64,000 nucleotides of DNA from Paramoeba atlantica (GCA_977017575.1 CDRNVI010000148.1:1-64000), one strand, 5' to 3'. Shown: positions 48,192 through 59,043, numbered from the stretch's first letter. Program-made: numbers and translations. The notes: a model not told the origin generated them from the sequence alone.

Positions 48192-48671
48192 ATGAGTGAT
48201 GGTGGTGAAGGGGAATGGAAGGCAAGAATTCTCGTGAACATGAATTGGACTTTCCTTGTGGAGGAGTTAAATGAAAGTACTTCGAAAGTGATCTTCTTAA
48301 TCCAACAAAAACTTTCTGAAGAAGAACTTGCTCTCCCTTTTGATGGAGTTCTTTATTTACCTCCGGATGGTCTTCGCAATTTTTCAACAGAGGAACTCGA
48401 TGAAGAAGTGGAAAGATTTGAGAAATTTGTTTCTTTTGTTGGTGGAATTGAAGGAAAGTGTTTGGCAATTTGGGTTGATGCGCATGATCAGGATATGAAA
48501 GATACAATGGGAGAGAAACTTCATTTGAAAGAAAGAAATTGTGAATGGTTTTGGGATTATATCGATGATGATGAGAGTGATGAGGATATTATCCTCGAAT
48601 CTGTAAATTTTTTGAAGAGAAGACTCAACAACAATGTCAATTCAAACCAGCAAAAAGATGATTTTTATTGA
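48192..48671 (+). pseudogene. Array copy 5, 1-nt deletion near the 3' end removes the KPAKR tail
   Basis: The frame shifts near 48590 and ends ..NSNQQKDDFY, while the KPAKR codons persist out of frame. Confidence 0.6.
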
Positions 48672-48908
48672 TCATCATTTTGAATGAGATTGATTTTGAA
48701 CTGATTCACCATTTTGAATGTCTTTTTTCTTTGTTGTTTTGTGTTGAGAAAAAGTTTTGCAATTCATTTTCAAACTTTTTGTTGAAATGAAAGAGAAAGA
48801 GAAAGAGAAAGAAAAGGACGTTTTGGATTTTGACTTCAAGATTTTTAAAGTGCTATTTTTTTCTTTCTATTTTTGTTTTCTTTTTCTCTCTTTTGGTTTT
48901 GGGGAAGG

Positions 48909-49384
48909 ATGAATGATGGTGGTGAAGAGGAATGGAAAGCAAGAATTTTAGTGAACGAGACTTGGACCTACCTTGTGAAGGGGGATACTTAAATGAAAGT
49001 ACATCGAAAATGATATTCTTTGAGGAAGAAAAACTTTCTGAAGAAGAACTTGCTCTCCCTTTTGATGGAGTTCTTTATTTCCCTCCAAATGGTTTTCAAC
49101 ATCTTTCAACAAAGAGACTTGATGAAGAAGTGGAAGAATTTGAAGAATTTGTTTGTTTTGTTGGTGGAATTGAAGGAAAATGTTTGGCATTTTGGGTTGA
49201 GGATGATGATCGGGGGATGAAAGATACAATGTTCAAGAAACTTCGTTTGAAAGAAAGAAATTGTGAGTGGTTCTGGGATTATATCGATGATGATGAGAAT
49301 GATGAGGATGTCTATTTTCGAATTTGTAAATTTTTTGAAGAGAACGCTTATTAGTGTCAGATTAAACCAGCGAAGAGGATGTAA
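48909..49384 (+). pseudogene. Array copy 6, frameshift plus premature stop
   Basis: Frameshift near 48985, and TAT TAG at ~49349-49354 where copy 10 has CAT CAA before KPAKRM. Confidence 0.75.
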
Positions 49385-49569
49385 TCGAAAATACTTGGGT
49401 CTTTTCCTTCAGTGTTGGTTTGCAAAAATCTCTCTTGAAAGATTTGAATCATTTTTTTTTTCTCCTTTTCTTTTCAAACAACAAAGAGACAAAAAAATCA
49501 AGAATACTCAAAAAAAATTGTTGATTGAATTTCTCTTCAAAATTCAAAAAACTCTTCCATCATAAATAA

Positions 49570-51095
49570 ATAAATTCATTTCATTGTTTTCGGTTCTCCT
49601 GAAGGTGAGGGTGAATCAGATTATTGATTGATTCATGAAAAAATCAATCTGGTTTGTGGCCATCAGAAGTAGAAGAAGAATCTCGATTGACAACTAATTC
49701 TTGGTAACTGTTCTTTGATGAAGTCAATAAAAAATGAACTCTTTCCACCAAAGAGAGAAATAGGGATTGGTCCAAAAGAGGATCAAATAAATGATCATTT
49801 GGTCGGCAGGTTGTTTGATAAACCGAACAAAAAATGTGGTATACGGTCTAAAAATGGGGAAGAAAAAAGGGAAGAAGGAGAAATAGAGAAACCCCCCAAA
49901 CAAAATGAAAGTTTTTTAAAATTCAACAACTAAAAAAAGTTGACAAGATTGAAAAACCTTATTGTCTGGCAGAACAAGTTGAAGGAGACAAGAAGCCAAT
50001 GAGTAAATCCAAGATGGAGAAAGAAGACAAAAAGCGAAACTGAATTGCAGATTATGTTGAGAGTTGGAGGTGAGAAACTTTCCAAATCAACTGATTTCCA
50101 AGAATTCTTTTTCCCTTCACAAACAAAAGATTTTGGTCCACCTATTCTCAAAAAGTCAAATCTCAATGAGAGAATTTGTTTTCCAAGAAAATTACCAGAG
50201 AAAAAAAAACAAACCAAGGTTGACCATTGAAGACATAAAAATGCAAGAGTAAAACTCCCACCAGAAAGAAAAACAACATTATTTGGATACCTTTTTTATG
50301 AAGAAAGATCAAAAAAAGAAAATAGAGTTTCAACTTTCTCCAAAAAAAAAACAAAAATTAGAGGCAATCTTAAATGAAACAACGATTCAAAAAATTGAGA
50401 AAGAAGAGTTTTACCTTAAATCAGTCATCAGAGAAAGAGGAATCAATGAAACTACAATCGAGAATAAAGAAAACCATGTGAACACAAAACTGATAATAAA
50501 AATTGTCCAAAAAGAGATTGATAATATTCAACAACACATTCGTCGTTATATCATCAAAAGTAAACGGATCTGGACAACATTCAATTTGCTCTTTTGATTC
50601 ATTCAAACATGTTTCAACCCCAATTGGTGTTTCTTTCACTTTATCAATCTGTCTTTCAACTTCACTTTCACATCCATTTGTTGTTGTTGGAGAGGGAGAG
50701 GGAGAAGGAGAGAGTGAAGGAGAGAGGGAACAATTGAGTTGAAAATCATCAGAACAAAGAGAAGAAACTTGAAGACAAGATTCTTGTTCCAAACAATGTT
50801 GTTCTTGAAAAGAAGAAGACTCACACGAAAATCCTCCAAACATTCAATTGGCAATAATAAAACAAAAAAGGTCTTCGACAACTTGAACCATTCGAATGTT
50901 TGAAACGACCAAAGAAACATTCTGATTGAAGAAATCCTCTTGTTCGTTCTCTTCAATCGATACATTCCCAGTCAACACAACCGAACATTCATTTTCAAGA
51001 GAATAATGAAAACACCCTTTTACGTCATCACAAAAAGAACAAGGGAGAAGAATAAGAGCAATAAAGAACCAACAAAAGAGAAACCCCAGACGCAT
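49570..51095 (-). pseudogene. Disrupted multi-pass membrane protein gene (signal peptide, Cys-rich ectodomain, several TM segments; possibly GPCR-like)
   Basis: MRLGFLFCWFFIALILLPCSFC start; in-frame TGA at 50844-50846; hydrophobic segments continue only with a frameshift. The 3' limit is approximate. Confidence 0.35.
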
Positions 51096-51350
51096 CCACC
51101 ACAAAACAACAAAACGAAAGAAAAAGAACAACCAAAAAAAAACAAGGAGAAATGAGTTCCCACTCCCCCAATAAAAATGAATGAAAAGGTTCGCACGACA
51201 AAATAATCTGTGATAAAACCTTTTATTTCTAAATAAGAAAAGAGAGAAAAAGCGGAAATCAAACCTATTTTATCTAAATAAGAATCAAAAAAAAGTTGTT
51301 TTTCTTGCTTTCTCTTTCTTTCTCCCTCTCTCTTTTGGTTTTGGGGAAGG

Positions 51351-51821
51351 ATGAGTGATGGTGGTGAAGAGGAATGGAAGGCAAGAATTTTGGTGAACGA
51401 GAATTGGATTTCCCTTGTGAAGAGGTTACATGAAATTACATCAAAAGTGGCCTTCTTAATTCAACAAAAACTTTCTGAAGAAGAACTTGTTCTCCCTTTT
51501 GATGGAGCTCTTTATTTACCTCCAGATGGTCTTTGTAATTTTTCAACAGAGGAACTCGATGAAGAAGTGGAAAGATTTGAGAAATTTGTTCGTTTTGTTG
51601 ATGGACTTGAAGGAAAATGTTTGGCAATTTGGGTGAATGTGGATGATCGGGATATGAAAGATACAATGGTAGAGAAACTTCGTTTGAAAGAAAGAAATTG
51701 TGAATGGTTTTGGGATTATATTGCTGATGACGAGAGGATTAGCGATGTCCACCCTCGAATCTGTAAATTTTTTGAAGAGAATACTCAACAACAATGTCAA
51801 ATCAAACCAGCAAAAAGGTGA
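51351..51821 (+). CDS. Array copy 7, unknown protein
   Basis: Intact ORF ending QIKPAKR. Confidence 0.8.
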   Translation: MSDGGEEEWKARILVNENWISLVKRLHEITSKVAFLIQQKLSEEELVLPFDGALYLPPDGLCNFSTEELDEEVERFEKFVRFVDGLEGKCLAIWVNVDDRDMKDTMVEKLRLKERNCEWFWDYIADDERISDVHPRICKFFEENTQQQCQIKPAKR

Positions 51822-52059
51822 TTTTTATTGATCATCCTTTTGAATGAGATTGATTTTGAACCAATTCACCATTTTGAATGTCTTTTTTCTTCATTGTTTT
51901 GTGTTGAGGAAAAATTTTTGCAAATACTTTTCAAACTTTTTGTTGAAATGAGTGAAAGAGAAGAGAAGAACAAACTTTTTGGATTTTGACTTCAAGATTT
52001 TGAGAGTGCTATTTTTTCTGTTTTCGTTTTCGTTTTCTCTCTTTTGGTTTTGGGGAAGG

Positions 52060-52524
52060 ATGAGCGATGAAGAGGAATGGAAAGCAAGAATTTTAGTTAA
52101 CAAGAATTGGACTTCCCTTGTGAAGAAGTAAAGTGGAAGTACATCAAAAGTGGCCTTCTTCATCCAACAAAAACTCTCTGAAGAAGAACTTGTTCTCCCT
52201 TTTGATGGAGCTCTTTATTTCCCTCAAGGGGATCTTTGTGCTTTTTTAACAGAGGAACTCAATGAAGAAATGGAAAGATTTGAGAAATTTGTTCGTTTGG
52301 TTGATGGAATTGAAGGAAAATGTTTGGGAATTTGGGTTGAGGTGGATGATTAGGGTATGAAAGATACAATAAGAGAGAAACTTCGTTTGAAAGAAAGAAA
52401 TTGTGAGTGGTGTTGGGATTATATTGCCGATGGTGAGAGGATCGATGTTGTCTACCTTCGAGTCGGTAAATTTTTTGAAGAGAATACTCAACAACAATGT
52501 CAATTCAAACCAGCAAAAAGGTGA
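52060..52524 (+). pseudogene. Array copy 8, two in-frame nonsense mutations
   Basis: TAA at ~52129 where the other copies have TTA, and TAG at ~52351 where most copies have CGG. Confidence 0.8.
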
Positions 52525-52730
52525 TTTTTATTGATCATCCTTTTGAATGAGATTGATTTTGAACTGACCTTGAATGTCTTTTCTCTTCATTGTTTTGTGT
52601 TGAGAAAAAGTTTTGCTGTTGAAAGAAAGAGAAAGAGAAAGAAGAGAAGAACAATTTTGATTCTTTGAATTTTAGAGTGCTATTTTTTCTGTTTTCGTTT
52701 TCGTTTTCTCTCTTTTGGTTTTGGGGAAGG

Positions 52731-53198
52731 ATGAGCGATGAAGAGGAATGGAAGGCAAGAATTCTCGTGAACATCCTTTGGAGTGACCTTGTGGAGGAGT
52801 TAAATGAAAGAACATCGAAAGTGGCCTTCTTAATTCAACAAAAACTTTCTGAAGAAGAACTTGCTCTCCCTTTTGATGGAGCTCTTTATTTACCTCTAGG
52901 TGCTCTTCGTACTTTTTCAACAGAGGAACTCGATGAAGAAGTGGCAACGTTTGAGAAATTTGTTCGTTTGGTTGGTGGAATTGAAGGAAAATGTTTGGCA
53001 ATTTGGGTTGTGGTGGATGATCGGGGTATGAAAGATAGAATGGTAGAGAAACTTCATTTGAAAGAAAGAAATTGTGAGTGGTGTTGGGATTATATTGGCG
53101 ATGATGGTGAGAGGATCGACGTTGTCTACCTTCGAATCTGTAAATTTTTTGAAGAGAATACTCACCAACAATGTCAAATCAAACCAGCAAAGAGGTGA
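52731..53198 (+). CDS. Array copy 9, unknown protein
   Basis: Intact ORF ending QIKPAKR. Confidence 0.8.
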   Translation: MSDEEEWKARILVNILWSDLVEELNERTSKVAFLIQQKLSEEELALPFDGALYLPLGALRTFSTEELDEEVATFEKFVRLVGGIEGKCLAIWVVVDDRGMKDRMVEKLHLKERNCEWCWDYIGDDGERIDVVYLRICKFFEENTHQQCQIKPAKR

Positions 53199-53430
53199 TT
53201 CGGATTGATCATTGACTTTGAACTGATTCACCATTTTGAACGTCTTTTCTCTTCATTGTTTTGTGTTGAGAAAAAGTTTTGCAATTCATTTTCAAACTTT
53301 TTGTTGAAATGAAAGAGAAAGAGAAAGAGAAAGAAAAGAACAAACTTTTTGGATTTTGACTTCAAGAATTTTAGAGTGCTATTTTTTTCTGTTTTTGTTT
53401 TCGTTTTCTCTCTTTTGGTTTTGGGGAAGG

Positions 53431-53898
53431 ATGAGTGATGGTGAAGAGGAATGGAAGGCAAGAATTTTTGTGAACTCTGGTTGGCAAAGTGTGGTTCGAG
53501 GGTTAAGTGGGACAGAATCAAAACTGATCTTCTTTGACCAAGGAAAACTTTCTGAAGAAGAACTTGCTCTCCCTTTTGATGGAGTTCTTTATTTACCTCC
53601 GGAGGGTCTTCTTACTTTTTCAACAGAGCAACTTGATGAAGAAGTGGAAGAATTTGAGAAATTTGTTTCTTTTGTTGACGGAATTGAAGGAAAGTGTTTG
53701 GCAATTTGGGTTGATGGGGATGATCGGGATATGAAAGATACAATGTTTGAGAAACTTCATTTGGAAGAAAGAAATTGTGAGGGGTTTTGGGATTACACAG
53801 GAAACTCCGAGAGGGACGAGGAGGTCTACCCTCGAATCTGTAAATTTTTTGAAGAAAACGCTCATCAATGTCAGATTAAACCAGCGAAGAGGATGTAA
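53431..53898 (+). CDS. Array copy 10, unknown protein
   Basis: Intact ORF ending QIKPAKRM. Confidence 0.8.
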   Translation: MSDGEEEWKARIFVNSGWQSVVRGLSGTESKLIFFDQGKLSEEELALPFDGVLYLPPEGLLTFSTEQLDEEVEEFEKFVSFVDGIEGKCLAIWVDGDDRDMKDTMFEKLHLEERNCEGFWDYTGNSERDEEVYPRICKFFEENAHQCQIKPAKRM

Positions 53899-54243
53899 TC
53901 GAAAATACTTGGGTCTTTTCCTTCAGTGTTAAAAATCTCTCTTGAAAGATTTGAATCTCCTTTTTTTTTTCTGCTTTTCTTTTCAAACAACAAAAAGACA
54001 AAAAAAATCAAGAATATTCGAAAAAAATTGGTTGATTGAATTTGTCTTCAAAATTCAATGAAAACTTCAGAAGAGGAAATCAAACCTCTTTTATCTAAAT
54101 AAGAATCAAAAAAGTTTTTCTCTTTTTCTCTCTTTCTCTCTTTTTCTGATCTCAGAAATCAAGAACTTATTTTCTTCAAAAGACCAAATCTCAACACCTC
54201 TCCTCTATCTCTCACCTTCCCCACACAAAATCAACAAAAGAAG

Positions 54244-56943
54244 ATGGCAGAAGAAGAAGAAAAGAGCTCAGAAAACGAGATTCTTTTTGATGCTGTTGAG
54301 GAAGGAGATAAAGAACTTGTCAAACTTCTTCAAAACAAGACTCAAAAATTGAATATCAACGTCAAAAACAAGGTTTTCAAAAACATTTGCTTTTTCTGAT
54401 CTGAGGGAGAGAGAGAGAGGGAGATGGTTGTTGTGTTGATGATTTGTTCAAAAACTTTTTTGTTTTCAGTTTGGAAAGACCGCTCTTCACATCGCTGCTT
54501 CCAAAGGTTTTGAAGAGATTGTGAAAATTCTGATTGAACATGGATCCAATGTTGATCTTCAAGATCGAGTTTTGTTTTTCTTTTGATTTGTTTTCACATG
54601 TTTGGGGAGAGATGGTTGTGTGTGTGTGATTTTTTTTTAACTTCTTTTTTGTTCAGCCTGGATGGACCGCTCTTCACAAAGCTGCTGGCATAGGTTCTGA
54701 AGAAGTTGTGAGAATTTTGATTGAACATGGATCCAATGTGAATCTTCAAGCCAAAGTTTTGTTTTTATTTTGCTTGATTCTTTATTCTTTTATTTTATTT
54801 GGCTGATGGAAGATTCTGTGATTTGAGTGAGGATCGGAGTGAGTGGAGTTTTGTACTTTTATTTTTAACTCCCTTTTGTGAAGGATGGAGCAACTGCTCT
54901 TCACGAAGCTGCTAAACGTGGTTTTGAAGAAATTGCAAAAATACTTGTTGAACATGGGTCCAACATTCATCTTCAAGATAGAGTTTTGATTTTCTTTTTC
55001 TTTTGATTTGTTGTGATGATGATCTGTATTTTGAAGATCAGTTTTATTTGGCTGATGGAAGATTGTGTAATTTGTGGGAGGGTCGTAGTGAGTGGAGTTT
55101 TGTATTTTTTTTAAACTTCTTTTTTAAGATTGGAGCAACTGCTCTTCACATAGCTGCTTCCAATGGTTTTAAAGAAATTGTGAAGATTCTTGCTGAAGAA
55201 GGATCCAACATTGATCTTCAAATCATAGTTTTGATTTTCTTTGATTTCTTTCTCTCTTTTAATTTGTATTCTCCTTTTTATTTATTGCTCTGATGTGGTG
55301 TTGGAGGGTGAGAGATGGTTGTGTTTTGTTTGTTTTTTAAACTTCTTTTTTTGAGGATGGAAATACCGCTCTTCACTTTGCTGCTTCGAAAAGCTTTGAA
55401 GAAATTGTGAAGATTCTTATTGAACACAGAGCCACCCTTGATCTTTCAAATCAAGTTTTGATTTTTCTTTTTCTTTGTTTTCATTTTTTTTCTTGTTTTT
55501 GATTATTGGTCATCTATTTTGATGGAGAGGGTGATAGTTGGTGTAATGATTTGTTTTTGGTTGTTCTTTTTTGTTAAAACTTCTTTTGTTAAGCGTGGAT
55601 GGGCTGCTCTTCACGTAGCTGCTGCGTATGGTAATAAAGAAATTGTGAAGATTCTTATTGAACACGGAGCCACCCTTGATCTTTCAAATCAAGTTTTGAT
55701 TTTTCTTTTTCTTTGTTTTCACATTTTTTTTCTTGTTTTTGATTATTGGTCATTTATTTTGGTGTGATGGAGGGGGTGATAGTTGGTGCAATGATTTGTT
55801 TTTGGTTATTCTTTTTTGTTAAAACTTCTTTTGTTAAGAGTGGAGAGACCGCTCTTCATTGGGCTTCTTCGGAGGGTAATAAAGAAATTGTGAAACTTCT
55901 TGTTGAAGACAGAGCCAATGTTGATCTTCAAGATGGAGTTTTGATTTTCTTTGTCTCATTTTTATTTGGTTGTTGATGTGGTGGGAGGATAAAAGAGACG
56001 AAGAGAGAGTGAGAGAGAGTGAGAAGGTTGTGTGATGATTTGTTTTGTTCTTTTTTAAACTTCTTTTTGTTAAGAGTGGAGGGACTGCTCTTCACACAGC
56101 TGCTGCGCGTGGTAATAAAGAAATTGTGAAACTTCTTGTTGAACACGGAGCCAATGTTAATCTTCAAGATGCCGTTTTTATTTTCTTTGTCTCATTTTTT
56201 TATTTGGTTGTTGATGTGGTGGGGGGATAAATGAGACGAAGAGGGAGAGTGAGAAGGTTGTGTGATGATATGTTTTGTTCTTTTTTAAACTTCTTTTTGT
56301 TAAGGGTGGAGGGAGTGCTCTTCACACAGCTGCTGAGGGTGGTTCGAAAGAAATTGTGAAACTTCTTGTTGAACATGGATCTAACATTGATATTCAATCC
56401 ATGGTTTTGATTTTCTTTTTCTTTTTGATTTGTTTCTCTCATTTTGATTTGTTGTTTTTTGATTGTGTGATGATTTGTTTTTGTTTTTTTCTTTTTAACC
56501 TTCTTTTTTATTTAGTCTGGAGAGACCGCTCTTCACCTAGCTGCTGAGGGTGGTTATGAAGAAATTGTGATCGTTCTCATTGAACATGGAGCTCAGATTC
56601 ATCTTCAAACCAAAGTTTTGATTTTCTTTTTTGATTTTTTTTACTGTGTCATTGTTATTTTGTTATTTTTGTTATTTTATGGGGAGGGGGTATTGGCATG
56701 ATTCTTTCTTTTTTGAACTTTCTTTTTTTTTGTTAGGGGGGTAAAACAGCGCTTGATGTTGCAAAAGATCAGAGTATTATTGAATTGATCACCCAATTGA
56801 AAGTTTGCTCTTTGTTGATCTCTTTTTCTTTTCAATTTTAATTTGAATGTGTTTCCCTTTTTTTTTTTTTTCTTTTTTTGGTTTTGCAGAGCAAAAATAT
56901 CAAACCAGCTCGAAAAAAAAGAAAACTAAACTCTGAGAGTTAA
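54244..56943 (+). CDS. Ankyrin-repeat protein: N-cap exon, ten 99-nt single-repeat exons, C-cap exon and NIKPARKKRK tail exon
   Basis: Ten exons from 54470-54568 to 56516-56614 each encode one 33-aa xGxTALHxAAxxGxxEIVKILxEHGxNxxLQxx-type repeat, bounded by AG and GTTTT(G/T). Confidence 0.9.
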
Positions 56944-57148
56944 GAGAGAACTTTCAAAACAAAGAAACACAATCATTCTGGAAAATCAGTCTCATTCCAA
57001 AAAGTTTTGATGAAAAAAATTCAGAATCCTCAAATTTCTCAAAGAATCACTATTTTATTTTGGTCTCTCTGCAACATCAGAATGAAATGAAAACAGTTTT
57101 TCAAACAAACTGCGAAGTGGAAAGAGGAGGAGTTTCTATTTGTTTGAG

Positions 57149-57720
57149 AGTGGAGAGACTGCTCTTCACAAAGCTGCTGGAGGTTGGAAAGCAATTGTGA
57201 AAATTCTTCTGGAACATGGATCCAACATTCATCTTCAAGATACAGTTTTGAGTTTCTTTTTTGGTGTGTGGTTGGAAGTAGTTGTGATGAATTTTTGTTC
57301 TTTCTTTAAACTTCTTTTTTGTTCAGCACGGAGAGACTGCCCTTCACTATGCTGCTGAGGAAGGTTGTGAAGAAATTGTAAAAATTCTTCTTGAACATGG
57401 ATCCGACATTCATCTTCAAAATCGAGTTTTGATTTTTCTTTTGGTTTTAATTGGTTGTTTTAATGTGATGAGGAGGTTGAGATGTTTGTTGTAAAAATTA
57501 TAAGAAAAATATTTTTCTTTTTAAACTTCTTTTTTGTTCAGGAGGGAGAGACTGCCTTTGCTATTGCAAAAAATAAAAGAACTTTTGAACTGATTAAAAC
57601 ATTTCCAGAAAGGGTTTGATTTTATGTTTCAATTTTCTTTTTTCCCTTTTCTTTTTCAACTTTATTTTTTTGACTCTTTAATAGAATGGAGCCAATATCA
57701 AATCAGCCAAAAGATCCTAA
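57149..57720 (+). CDS. Ankyrin exon module without a visible start exon (two repeat exons, C-cap and NIKSAKRS tail): 5'-truncated gene or alternative 3' cassette
   Basis: Exons SGETALHKAAGGWK.., HGETALHYAAEEG.., EGETAFAIAK.. and NGANIKSAKRS-stop. The frame upstream of 57149 reaches a stop without an ATG. Confidence 0.65.
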
Positions 57721-57870
57721 AACAAAATTGAAAGGAGGAGACATTGCTTCATTCTCATTTGTACATTTCACTGTAGTTCCAATCTTCAAAAGAAGAAGAA
57801 TCACAATTCAAATGATTGAACTAAATATTTTAATTTTCCCAAAAATAAGAAGAAAAAAAAAACGTTTTGA

Positions 57871-59043
57871 TTATTCTTCTTTTCCCCAAAAAACATTTCC
57901 AACAAAACGAGAAACAACTTCAGGAAAATCAGCCTGAAAAGAAACATCATTATGCCCCGCCCTCTCAAACTCATAATGCATCATCATCTCCCTCCCACCC
58001 CCTCTCTCTCCCTCTCTTTCCAAATTTCCTCTCCCCAAACCAACATTCAAAAACAAATCTCTTCCTTGTTGAGAATGAATAACCCAATCTTCTTTTCCAT
58101 GAAAAATGGCAACAAAAATCTCTTTTACAATCTCAGGCAAGTGATTTTCAGTCTCAAAACGATCCGGAATGAGATCAAATATCGAGTTGAAAAGAGAAGA
58201 AGGAAGCCATTGAATAGGGAGTGCGATCCAATGGCTCTGAGCAGCATGTCGAAGTGTTCGGAATGGCACTTCTAATACTAACCCTCTCAAAAGATGATCT
58301 CTCTTTTCTTCTTCTTCTTCTTCTTCTTCTTCTTCTCCTCTCTCTTTTGTCTTTCTTTTCTCTTCTTCTTCGAAAATCTTTTTCGCAACTTGGGTTGAGA
58401 TTCCTGTTCCCAAAGAATGGCCCCAAAAAATAATATGATCAGGTTTCATATTTTCAAGAACAAAAGAATACGCTGCCATTCCATCTCGTACAACTCCTTC
58501 TTCAGAGGGGAAACCATCCGAATCACCAAAACCTCGATAATCGAATGTTAAAAGTTCAATTAAATAAGAAGAAGAAGAGGAAGAATGAAGAGATTTTGAG
58601 AAAGATTGAATAATATGTTCATAAGTTCGTTGTCTTCGAAATTGAGCACGAGTTTCAGCATTCCCATGAAAATAGAGAACAACAACTTTTGTCTTCCCCT
58701 CATCCAAACCCCTTCCAAAATCCTCGCCAAAATTCCATTCACCACTCTCTCTCTTCTCACCATCCCCTCTCCTTTCACTTGGAAAAGAATGGACAATCCA
58801 CGCTCCAAGTTCAAGACCATCGTCTGTTTTCAAACGGTGTTCAGAAACATGAGAATCAATCAATGGTTTCAATCCATGAAAAAAGGTTTTGAATCGAAAA
58901 TGGTTCATAAAAATGAAGTGTCGAGAGAATTCTGGGTTGAGAGATAAGTAGATGCAGAGGAGGGAAGTGAGAAAGAGGGAGAATTTGAGCAATCGGAAAA
59001 GCAACCGGAAAAGTTTGGAGAAAGCCCAACTCAACAGACCCAT
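57871..59043 (-). CDS. ABHD12-like alpha/beta hydrolase with N-terminal TM; single exon, 390 aa
   Basis: VVVLYFHGNAETRA; FDYRGFGDSDGFPSEEG; nucleophile elbow WGHSLGTG; FHGKEDWVI; AGHNDV. Confidence 0.9.
   Translation of the reverse strand: MGLLSWAFSKLFRLLFRLLKFSLFLTSLLCIYLSLNPEFSRHFIFMNHFRFKTFFHGLKPLIDSHVSEHRLKTDDGLELGAWIVHSFPSERRGDGEKRESGEWNFGEDFGRGLDEGKTKVVVLYFHGNAETRAQFRRQRTYEHIIQSFSKSLHSSSSSSYLIELLTFDYRGFGDSDGFPSEEGVVRDGMAAYSFVLENMKPDHIIFWGHSLGTGISTQVAKKIFEEEEKRKTKERGEEEEEEEEEEKRDHLLRGLVLEVPFRTLRHAAQSHWIALPIQWLPSSLFNSIFDLIPDRFETENHLPEIVKEIFVAIFHGKEDWVIHSQQGRDLFLNVGLGRGNLEREGERGGGREMMMHYEFERAGHNDVSFQADFPEVVSRFVGNVFWGKEE

Larger units (their letters stand above)
45200..53940 (+). repeat. 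Tandem array of ten ~650-720-bp units, each holding one ~155-aa ORF; two blocks (6+4) separated by ~1.9 kb of unique sequence
   Basis: Each unit carries the conserved leader TTTTGGTTTTGGGGAAGG-ATG and a homologous ORF. Starts at 45439, 46093, 46790, 47466, 48192, 48909, 51351, 52060, 52731 and 53431. Confidence 0.95.

Noticed and set aside
50844-50846. In-frame TGA joining two abutting ORFs, suggesting readthrough or an alternative genetic code
   Set aside because: Other genes in the window terminate normally at TGA, and the same locus also needs a frameshift, so pseudogenisation is simpler.
45200-53940. Regularly spaced repeats suggesting a CRISPR-like array
   Set aside because: The units are ~700-bp protein-coding paralogs in a eukaryotic context, with no short repeat/unique spacer structure or cas genes.
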